In this document: positions 10,227-22,200 of the stretch, piece by piece
Numbering within the stretch: the first letter of the stretch is position 1
How the letters are laid out: every line of letters begins with the position of its first letter
Program-made: the position numbers and the translations under genes
Notes under the pieces: generated by a model
Told to the model about the DNA's origin: nothing
Database searches by the model: none
What the model saw: only the letters and a program-made list of their open reading frames with translations
Assembly: GCF_902459465.1 (NCBI RefSeq)
Contig: NC_047074.1
Coordinates: 1,674,001-1,738,000 of the forward strand
DNA length: 64,000 nt
Direction of reading: 5' to 3'
From: Asterias rubens
Taxonomy: Eukaryota

Positions 10227-13200
10227 CTAAGTCGTGGTGCTGTAATATGCTTCAAGATAACCCTGTACGAACTCCTCCACCATGGAGCGATCTGGAATGC
10301 TCTCCGCCATCCCATACACAGCTGCCTACAAGACATGGAGACAAATAAAAACAATAAAACAAAATTAATTACAATAACAACCATAATAATAATCAAAATA
10401 AAAACATGCCTAATGCAAGAACCTCTAAGCGCATCAAGAAAAAAAAATACAACTTGTGTGAAAGATAGATTACAAATAAGCAGATAACAGATAAGCAGCT
10501 TCAAACAGTTGAATTTTGTAACAGACTAAAAACAGTGTACAGAAAAGCACAGGAAGACTATTGAAAAGATTTGGTGCAGCCCACCCCCCCCCCCCCAAAA
10601 AAAAAAAGGCTGCGTGACCCGCGTAAATAATTTTGGGCAACAACAACCCTTTATAGAATTAAAACTTATAATAAAGAAAACTTACAAAGCACACAAATCC
10701 ACAAATGTGCCTATGGCGCTTCATACAAACCATAGCATATCATGTACAAAAATCAAAATGGAAACGTAAACCTAAGCTAAGAAGAAACCCAGAACACAAA
10801 GGAAAAAAAGAAAAAAAAGAAGGTTAAAAAGACAAACCATTTATTAAAATACTTGATTGAAAAGAGTAGTCTCTAGGTTTTGTCATAAAAAACAGCTGAT
10901 TTTTCTTCATACATTGACACCCAACCATGCCGCATGTCTTAAAAGCAATACAAAGGGACATCTACTTACAATGCCTTCTGCTTTTGCTTTGGGATCTTTC
11001 ATAATCTCCGAGGTGCAATCCTTCAAGGATGATAAGAAGGCATCTGCAATACCTGGTCCTGTATGCATCTTGGTGACGACAAAATTAACTCTGCAAAATA
11101 AGCCAAAACACAAAAAATCAGTTATTATTAAATTATTATTATCAATGGTATGGACCCACTGAACCAGCGTCAAGGGTCGGTTGGCTTGGTCAAGTGGTAG
11201 CTATCCCTTCAACTTCAAGGATGAATCAAGAATACTCAAGTGCTTTGTGTAAGGACATAAGTGTAACAAATTGGAGTCGAACCCACACCCACTTGATCAG
11301 AAACACCAAAGCTTGAGTTCGGTGCTCTCTCGATCCACTCAGCCCTGACACATTTGTATTACTATGAAGGCAGTCGGTTCTCTTAAGTGCATTAGGTCCC
11401 ATCCAAAGGACGAAGCAAGGACATGATGTGTCACAAACAGGACTCGAACCCACACCTGTCTGACTAGGACACCAGAGCTTGAGTTCAGTTCTCTTATCCA
11501 CTCAGCCACGACACATTTTTATTATGATGAAGGCCCTGACTCACCCTGATGGGTATTGTACTGTAAACATATGCCATCCAGCCTTGGTTAACGCCGACCC
11601 CAAACGGTAGATGTCAAAACATTTAGAGCCAATAGAGAGAATATTGACGTCTGGCTTGCCATAGACGAATAGACCTGGGATTTCTCTTACTCTGAAATAA
11701 AAAAACAGTTAAAGCGTATATGTTTTGTAATCACTCTTTACAAAAAATGGCAATAAAAAAACCTTGGGTTAGAGGCCCAGAGCAGCGTTTATTTGTAAAA
11801 ATCATTTTGAAAAACATTCATTGGGAAGTAATGTGGTTAAGTAAACAGATTAACTCTTAACTAAAAACAGTTCAAGATACTTGATTAAAGGGGAGGATTC
11901 CATTTGGTAATCACTCTTATAATTAATGGCAATAAAAACCTCTGGTGAGAAGGCTATAGCATTTTGTTAAACATTTCATTTGGAACTAAACTGGTTAAAT
12001 GTATGAAGAAAAAAATAGCTCTAAAAAAAAAAAAAAAAACAGTTCCAAGGTAAATCGTTAAAGGTACATTAAGGAACACGTTTGGTAATCACTCTCAAAT
12101 GTAATTGCAATAAAAACCTTTGTTTAGAAGGCTACAGCAGCGTTAGATAGTATACAGCATTTCGAAATGAACTTACTTGGAAGTCATGTGGTTATCTAGA
12201 AGTATTAACTCTAATTTAAAAACAGTTCAAGGTATATCATTAAAGGGGAGTATTTCATTTGATATCACTCTTACATTTAATAGCAATAAAAACCTGTGGT
12301 GAGAAGGCTACAATGTGATTATGTACAACGTTTTTATGCCACAAATATTGAATCTTAGAACCTTTTCAGATTGTTTACTCCATGCATGGAGATAAACATT
12401 TGCTCTGGCAGCATCTCAAAAAGACGACCACCTTTTGAAATGAAAATTTCAGATATCTTTGTCAAAACAAAATCACAGATTTCATTTAATTAATAAGCAA
12501 AAGTAACAATAAAATAATCAGTGGTGACTTACTGCTCTTCTATGTAGGCCCTCGTTTGAATGATCTTCACAGCGTTTTCCATGTAACCGTCTACACCAAC
12601 AGACATCATAGTGGCCCAACATGTCGCGATGATTGCACCCGATCTTGTACCTAGTTAATTAATTGTTTGCGTTATTTTTGCTTGGTTTGTTTTTGTCCGT
12701 TTGTTTCTTGGGATTACTAATTACGTTTGCTTGCTTTGGCTAATAAATTTGTTCATTGTGTTTTGTTTATAAAAAATTTATTGTTTGTACTCATTTTAAT
12801 AGCTTACAATTTTAGTTTTTGCTTTTATTTTGTTGTGCTTTAAGTAGATTTAACTTGGAGCACAAATATAAATGAGGGGGTTTACACTTGACAAGCTCGC
12901 TTCTTGCAAACCCCCTCTACCATTGTCTACATATTTGTTTAGTCTAATCAATTTTTAGGTATTCTGTTTCTCATTAATTTGCAATGATGTGAAAACAGAA
13001 TGAATGAATGAATGAATGAATGAATGAATGAATGAATAAGTGTAAAGCGCTACCCCTTTTTAAAACTGTAAAGCACTCAGTGTCTGGTTTGATGTTGGGC
13101 GCCGCATAATTCCTGCTTTTTTTATAATTATTATTTCGAAAAGATAAGATAGTCAGCTTAGTTGCAGATTTGAGTTGAGCAGAAAGGGGATCGTAAGCAA

Positions 13201-16200
13201 AGAAACAGTGTAATACGAAACAGGCTTACCGACACCGACAATGACAACTAAAACTAAAACAGCGACGATGATGACAACGACAACGACACGGACAAGGACT
13301 ACTTCAACGACATCAACAACATTGGTGTTATGTAAAATCAGTAGGTCTCATAATTTAATCGTAGTCCAACACACCTTGCAGGAAAATACTGAATGTTAAA
13401 GCGCTTTGAGCATCACAGAGTGACGATACGAGCGATATGAAGCCACTATTATTAATATTATAAAAATGGAACTTACCGCCAACGGCTGGTGATGCGTAGA
13501 TACCACCACACCAGTCAGTGTTCACGTAGAACTGTCCCAGTCGATATTCAGTATTCTTGTACAAAACAAGTGATGAACCTTTGGGTGCCAGACCATACTG
13601 AAATTTAAAAAAACAAAATTCTCTGTTTATACTGGATTGCCTAATAATTCCTCCTTTTTTTTTTATTTTTTTTTTTTTTAATATTTTTTATGAAATATTG
13701 CTTTTCATCACATGGCCGGACGGCCACTTGAAGGCGAGGGCTACAACTAACTGATTTGGGATATTGACCAAATCAACTGTCACCCATGGCACATTGCTAC
13801 CTACCACTAGGGCTGAAACCGGTATAGCCCCCTTCACAGTCCGTTAGGATGTAGGCAAGGGTATCATCCACTAGGAGCCTAGTTGGTAGAGCAGAATGTA
13901 CTACCTTTGTAACTATTTACTAAGCAGTTATGGTTGAGTGCCTTGCTCAAGGGCACAAGTGTCATGACTGGGATTCAAACCCACACTCTGCTGCTGACAA
14001 CACCAGAGCCTGCGTCGTATGAACTAGATCGCTCGGTCAAGATACCCCCAAAAAGGTCCTGAATTGTTGGTGAGGAGGTAAAGTCTGACTAACTTTGACA
14101 TCTCACCTTGTGGGCATCAGCCGAGATGCTCGTCACACCGTCCACGGAGAAATCAACACGTGGAAGATCAAGTCCAGCTCGTTTAGCAAAAGGGATGATG
14201 AAGCCACCCATACAGGCATCCACATGGACGGGTATGTTATATCGCGTCCCAAGCTGGGGAAAGAAGGAGATCAAGGCGCACACAGATTAAACTACATTTA
14301 AAGACAATCGACACCCATTTGGTATGTGTCAAAGACCAGTATGATCCAAATACATGTATATAACAATTGGTAATTGAAGTTGCAAGAGAATAATGAAGGG
14401 GAAAAAACACCATTGTTGCACAAAACAGGCTTTAGGCCTGAAGTCTTTAAAGGGAAGGTACACGTTTTGTCAATATTTTGTCAAATACCAGTGTTCTCAC
14501 TTGGTGTATCCCATCATAACCATAAAATAACAAGCCTGTGAAAATTTGGGCTCAAACGGTCATCGAAGTTGCGAGAAAATTATGAAAGAAAAAACATCCT
14601 TGTTGGACGAATTTGTGTGCTTTCAGATAGGAATAAAAGACTTCTAGCTAGAAGTCTTTTATAATTTAAGTGAGAAATTACCTCTTTCTCAAAAACTACA
14701 TTACTTCAGAGAGAGTCGTTTCCCACAATGTTTTATACTATCAACAGCTCTCCAATGCTCATTACCCAGTCAATTTTTAAGTTAATATTTGTTTTGAGTA
14801 ATTACCAAACGTGTACCTTCCCTTTAAATACTGAAGTGAGAAATAACCTTTCTCAAAACTACATGACTTCAGAGGGAGCTGTTTTTTACAATGTTTTTTT
14901 TTTTACTGTCAACAGCTCTCAAACGGTCGTTACCAAGTAAGTTTTTATGATACAGGTGGCCAGAGAGCCTTTTGTGTTCCACCAAATCACACCAAAAAAT
15001 CACTCCTCACAGATTTTAGGTCCCGTGAGCCATGATTATGACACAATTGAACAGACATGCAACTTTCTTTTTGCAAAAAAAGAGGAAATGGCCGATCACA
15101 TTTAACTTTTGTACAGTGTTTTTCAGATTTCTATGGCACTGTTTTGAAAAGAGAAAGAGGAAATCAGCTGATCAGCTGAAAAGCAAAACTTGATGTCACA
15201 ATAAAAATCAATATGAAAGTTATTGACAATCTATCTTAGGATGAATCTTGATGCTTTGTGACACTTGGCCCAAGATTTCTACAAAATGATGTTTAGAATT
15301 GACAATTTGTTTGAAATACTTACCTCAGCAATTTCTTCTACTTGTTCAACCACACCGTAGGGGAAGGATGGAGCTGAGACTACAAGCATACAGGTGTTCT
15401 TAGATATTTTCTTTCTCATCGCCTGCGGGATGAAAACAGAAAAATCCCGGTCGTGACACTTGTGTCCCTGAGCAAGACACTTAATTATAATTGCTTCTCT
15501 CCACCCAGGGGTAAATGGGTACCTGTGAGGGCAGAGATGGTTCTTGTGATTGATATAGCCGAGTAGCGCATATTAATGTTGCACAGGCTGCATACTCCCC
15601 ACCAGGGAGTTGAGATGGTTTAAGGAGTGGTTTAAGGCCCAGTGACCAGGGGTAATAATGTGAAGTGCTTTGGGACGCCCTCCGGGTGTGAAAAGCGCTA
15701 TATAAAAAAGGGTTATTATTATTATTATTAAGTAAGCAAGACAAGTTCTCAAAAGAACATAATATACCCAGAAAGTAGATACACACATGGTGTTACAACA
15801 AACCATTGATACCTCAGCATGCAATGCCTTAAATCCCATTAAGGAAACTAAGTATTGATGTTTCTTTTTTACAGTCAGTCAATAGACCGATCAATTAGGC
15901 TCTGCCCACGGCGCACGTGTCAGCAAAAACATGTGCGCTTCTCCAATGCCATTCTGCACAACTGTGCCGCACGCGCCAAGCATACGCGCATGCATGTCGG
16001 ACTACATAGCGTCGGACTTTTGGTTGTGCAATGGTTGTCATTGGTCAATACGCAATGGGCTGGAGCTTAAGGGTTCAGTCTATTGCAATGCCTGACTTGC
16101 ACCCGCAGAAAAAAGTTTTGACAAAATAGGGAGACCCACCGTTATCAGGGCTAGATAGTTCAGCTGGAAGAACGCAAACACATTGACCCAGAGGTGGAAA

Positions 16201-19200
16201 GTTCAAGTCCGGCTCTAGTGAACTTGATAACAGAAGTTTACACTGCCTTTAAAGTAACAGGCCTTAGATCGTCATCATCATCACACATACTCTACGTTCC
16301 CAAAACTCGTCTGGCAAGTTACAGAGACCATGGCTTTTCCAGCTGCGCACCGCGTCTCTGGAATTCCTTGCCAGACGAGCTGAGGGACACACCTGATCTA
16401 TCAACATTCAAGCACAACCTCAAGACTCATCTGTTCAATTTGTCTGCTTGCTAGCTTCCGGCGCCTTTGAATGGTACCATTCAAGATACTGTGCGCCTTA
16501 TAAATGTTATGTTATTATTATTATTATTATTACTTACCCTGACATTAACTAGCTTTGTTTCTGGGTCCATAGGCACCTCAATGTAACGCATCTTGAAATA
16601 CTTGGCGGCCTTTGGGAAACCAGCGTGGGCACTACGAGGGGCAAGGCTAGAAAGAAGAAAAGAACAAACAACATTATTTGTTTGGCAATTAAAATGTCTT
16701 CATGGAAAAAAAGGTGTAATGTCTATCCAAAAGCTCACTTTTCATACGCTTGTTTAGATTATCTTACCAACAAAGGAACCCAGCAAACTCCCAAAAGGGG
16801 ATATAAACACAAAGCTGGCAACAGCCAATCTCCCTCATACAAACATCGCTTAGGAATTGCACTAATCAAGAAACTGTAATTCATCTGTAAACTAGACTAG
16901 ACCCTTTAAAGTAGTAGTCCCGGCCGATTTTCTACGCTCCGTCCACGTAGTAGTTAAAGTAAAACGCTCTCTTTTCTCCAAAACTCCCAAAATCTACTCC
17001 GCGGCAATGGCAAGACAGTTCTCTTCAGAACAAACTCTACCTTGCAAGTAGATACACACATGGTGCTACCACAAAGCAAATATTATATAGTTTTAAGATG
17101 TTATATAGTTTTAAGAAAGGCTTACATTTCTGGATTCTTGATTCCTAGATTGTAGGCTCGTTCTCTGTACGCCTTGCATGCCATCAAGATACTCTCCGTG
17201 CCTCCTGACGTCATCTGAATCAAATAAATGGATTTTACAAACAAAGAACATGAACATAAGTTTTGCAGTGAGACGAAATATATCATAACATGTACAACCA
17301 ATTTACGGCACTCTCCTAAAAACATTGCTCTGTGACTTTCACGTTTTTTTTGTCAAAACCTTATAGAGATAAATTACATTACATACAACTTCATTGACAG
17401 TGAGTAGGGATTCATGTTATGGCCAAAAAACATGATCTACAAAAAGCATCAAAACCCTTCCAGCATCCTGCTCGAAGAAACGTCATGACCTGGATTCGAA
17501 CCCACACCCTGATTAATGAGTCACCAGAACTCTAGTCCAGTGCATTTAATATCACTCATTCAAGACACACCACAGTACTTTTACAAACATTTCTTAAAGT
17601 TCTCAGACCGTGGCAGACGTTAAGAACATACAGGATTTGTAATAAGTGTATCAACCTACAGTTCCACAAGCACTTGAACCACCATTGAAGAAGTCACAGC
17701 ACATAGCAACAACTTCTGCCTCCATTTTCCGAGTCCCTGGAAACACATCTGGGTGGAGTAAATTATCCCCAACAAACATACCATAGACCTACGAGAAAAT
17801 GGAAACATATGAAGCTGTAAACACTGTGAATAGTTTATTTATTTATTTTATTTATTGGTATTTACAAACAAAATGATCATCAGCAGTAGCTGAAAGGGGT
17901 CACTTAACAATGGTACAAGTATATATCTAAAAACATAAATATGCAAAGTTCATGCCGGTATGACTAAACAAATGAGCCTCGTAGCTTTACCTGAGCCATA
18001 AGCTTGTCATGGTGCTTTCCACAGTTGTACACAGCCCCAGAGAGTCTACCTCCCTGCCAGTCAATTGTTTCTACAAGTCAATCAATTACAAAAACAAATA
18101 CAGGTTTAATTAAAAGTTTTTATTACATAATTGGTGTCTTGTGGCCGAGCGGTCTAGTTCACTGTAAGGCCTAGCTGACTTAACCCGAGTTCTGGTTGCT
18201 GTAAGCAGCAAAGTGTGGCGTTGAATCCCGGTCTTGACACTTGTGCTGCTGAGCAAGGATTGTTTCGAAAAAACTTAGGAAGGTAGTGCATTCTGCTCTA
18301 CCAGCCAGGCTCCTAGCGGATGATACCCATACCTACATCCTTACAGACTTGTGCTGCTGAGCAAGGATTGCTTCGAAAAAACTTAGGAAGGTAGTGCATT
18401 CTGCTCTACCAGCCAGGCTCCTAGCGGATGATACCCATACCTACATCCTTACAGACTTGTGCTGCTGAGCAAGGATTGCTTCGAAAAAACTTAGGAAGGT
18501 AGTGCAATCTGCTCTACCAGCCAGGCTCCTAGTGGATGATACCCATACCTACATCCTTACAGACTGTGAAGGGGAACTGCGTTTCAGTCCAAGGACTAGG
18601 TAGCAACATGCCCCTGGCCACAAAATCGTTGGTTTAAATCCTGCTCTAAGCACTTTTGTTCAAACCTTAATCTTTTAAAACTTTACCCGGTCAGTTTTCT
18701 ATCAGTTAAATCATCAACCCTGTTAGTGCTATTGAAGTGCCCCTCTACACACACTCACCCAAGCTTTTATATTTTTCTTTGATGAGAGTTAAGAGCTTGT
18801 CATCACTGAGACCGCTGTCTGGTAGCGTTGTGTTATAGACAACACCTGGCGGAAGGGGAAACATATCCTTAGCAATACTGGCTTTGGTCTTGTCCAACTC
18901 TTCCTGTATCTGTTTTTAAAAAAATCAAATAAATCACAGACTTTTAATATTAAAGGAGTTTCAAGTGCAACTGTTCCTCTCTAGTTCACTTCAATTCAAA
19001 GCAATGTTTAATTCCACATTTATCGCCTGATCATAAAAAAGTACAGTCAATATTAATATGAATGTGGAGGCACGTTCCAAAAAACAAGGACTCGTCAAAG
19101 GACAAGCCTTTCTGGTAGCAGTGACCCGACTATGCAATCAATAGTATTGACTTTGACACTAGTCGCCCAGGCTTACTACTATCATCATTTTGTTGGTTCG

Positions 19201-22200
19201 GGTGAGGGTGGGGAGGGGGGGGGGTAGGGGAGTTTACTTCAGAAAAAGGATTTAAGGAAAAGAGTTTGGGATTACCTTTCGACCAATAATGGGCAGGCTT
19301 CGGATGGTTCTGAATAAGGAGAGTTTCGTCCTCTCAAAAATACCTGAAAAAAAGAAGTAATTAGGTCAAGAGTTTAGCCAAAAGTTTTCTAGATTTCGAG
19401 ACCTCATAATTTCAATAGAAATTTACAATTTCTTCATAGGGTGCCCTTTACCAAGAAGAAAATGCCATGGTGTCCTTGATTAAGCCAGATCTTTACTAGA
19501 TTTGTGGACAAGTCGTTAATGGTCCCACGCGGTGAGATAGTCGAGTTGATGGCGGTGCTCTCACGAGATCACTGCTCTCGCGCAAACTGCTGGTTGCCAA
19601 CTTCTACTCCCCGTAAAATGGGACCATAGTCAAGGGAGCAGTAGTCTTGCAGGGCCAGCAGTCTCGCCAGAATCACAGGGAGATTCGGAACACTATCACC
19701 GCGACAGACATTTAACGACTTGTCCACAAGTCTAGATCTTTACTAATATTTGGTGTGTTCGTTTAGCTTCCCTGGGTCTACCCCGCGGTGCTCACTCGGG
19801 TGAGCCCCTGACAAGCTAAACGAATGATCACTCACTGTTCTCGTTGTGATGTCATGTACCTGGGGCCTGCCCCCAAGTGACCCACCCCACAAGCAGGGCA
19901 CTGGGGGCTGACCCAGGTGAGCCCCTGGAATGACGTCAAAGCTATTTGAACGCAAAGGGGGAAGACCGGGGTCGACCCAGGGAAGCTAAACAAACGCACC
20001 CACTGTGAGGGAATTGAGAATGTCAGGGCTAAAAGAGTTGTGTTTTGCCTTTTACCTTCTGACGTAGAGATGAAAGTAAACCTCGTCCAGTGACATGTTA
20101 AGGAATGTGTTGGAAGATGAAGACAAACAATGGTCAAGATGAAGATGAGAGAGTGAGTTTGGTGAGTTTGCTAAGTTTCCCAACTTCTTATCCACCAACA
20201 CTACAAAGTTGGAACTCACTGAGCTCGTGAAGAAACAACTCCCCTCTGAGCCAGCCTAGGATGACCACAATGGACGCTGTGGCTAGGATGATCTCCCATG
20301 CTTCTCGTCCACTACACTGATCGTTGATGATGAAACGAGCGCCATCCAAATACTGAGGTACAACTTCCTGGAGGTTAAAAAGAACTTGGACTCAAGATTT
20401 CACCAAACAGTTTTGACAAAACTGGGAAAAATTACTATATGTATCCTGCCATTCGTTATGAAATTATTAGTATGACTAAAATGAGAGTTTCTTATAGAGC
20501 TTATAGGCTCATGAAAAAGTGGTGGCAGGATACAGACATCTCTCTTCCTAATATAATCCTTTCATCATAAAATGACTATAAAGTAATAAAAACAAAAAAC
20601 TTGATTCCCAATAACATAACCAACACCAATAGGCGCCCCCTATCCATGTCTCAGCATAAATGGCACCAGCATACTGTACCACTCTCGCTGACCAGTGCAG
20701 GACACTATGGTAGTGACTCAAAATAGTTAACAAGCATTAAAGCAATAGAGAACTGTTAACAACGTGAGACACGGCTCCCTGCCTCTGTCTCTGGAAGTAA
20801 CATAGTTTTTCGAGACAGGAATAATTTCTCACTATAAAATACTTGAGTTGTTTCAATTTCAAGTCAAGCCTCAAGTCAAGGCATCTGATTCTGAAACACA
20901 CAACTTGAGTGACGACTGGCAGGTTGTTCTTCCATAATGCTCTCATAACTTCAATGAAAAAAAGGCAACGTGTTCAAAATCAAATGTTCACAATCACAGG
21001 TTTGTTATGTAAATGGGATAACTTTCTGTCTGGCACCACCACTTTTTCACTCATTTTTACAAAAAGGGATATGTCATTGAGGTTAGGATAGGCTAAGGTA
21101 AGAGGCCTAATCATTATTAATTTTCATATCAATTAACCAAGGCAATGACAATTTTCCGCCTAGCTAGCCCCACTTTAGCCCACCTTGTTGAGCTGTTAAT
21201 GGCTCCGCTTTTAAAACCTGTCTCATCACTGTAATGGTGACAGTGATGAGACCGATGTTAAAAGCGGAGCCATTTAGTTTACAGCTCAACAAGGTGGGCT
21301 AGCGCTAGCCCCACTTGTGTGGCCAAGGATTCAGCTGCTATCCTTGGCCACACATGTGGGTCTATGGCCACACAAGTGGGGCTACTTGTGTAGCCAAGGA
21401 TAGCTGATAGCTGCATCATTGGCCACACAAGTGGGTCTATGGCCACACAAGTGGGGCTACTTGTGTAGCCAAGGATAGCTGATAGCTGCATCATTGGCCA
21501 CACAAGTGGGTCTATGGCCACACAAGTGGGGCTACTTGTGTAGCCAAGGATAGCTGATAGCTGCATCATTGGCCACACAAGTGGGTCGATGGCCACACAA
21601 GTGGGGCTACTTGTGTAGCCAACCACGGATAGCTGATAGCTGCATCCTTGGCCACACAAGTGGGTCGATGGCCACACAAGTGGGGCTACTTGTGTAGCCA
21701 AGGATAGCTGATAGCTGCATCATTGGCCACACAAGTGGGTCGATGGCCACACAAGTGGGGCTACTTGTGTAGCCAAGGATAGCTGATAGCTGCATCATTG
21801 GCCACACAAGTGGGGCTACTTGTGTAGCCAAGGATAGCTGATAGCTGCATCATTGGCCACACAAGTGGGGCTACTTGTGTAGCCAAGGATAGCTGATAGC
21901 TGCATCATTGGCCACACAAGTGGGGCTACTTGTGTAGCCAAGGATAGCTGATAGCTGCATCCTTGGCCACACAAGTGGGTCGATGGCCACACCAGTGGGG
22001 CTACTTGTGTAGCCAAGGATAGCTGATAGCTGCATCCTTGGCCACACAAGTGGGGCTACTTGTGTAGCCAAGGATAGCTGATAGCTGCATCATTGGCCAC
22101 ACAAGTGGGGCTACTTGTGTAGCCAACCACGGATAGCTGATAGCTGCATCCTTGGCCACACAAGTGGGTCGATGGCCACACAAGTGGGGCTACTTGTGTA

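Noticed and set aside
10136-10504. 122-aa and 111-aa overlapping ORFs
   Set aside because: Alternative frames over the SGPL1 last exon, intron and 3' UTR.
16143-16225. Functional tRNA gene
   Set aside because: Only degenerate A/B boxes (GTTCAAGTCC); no cloverleaf; the same holds for the other GGTTCGAATCC hits, which are SINE heads.
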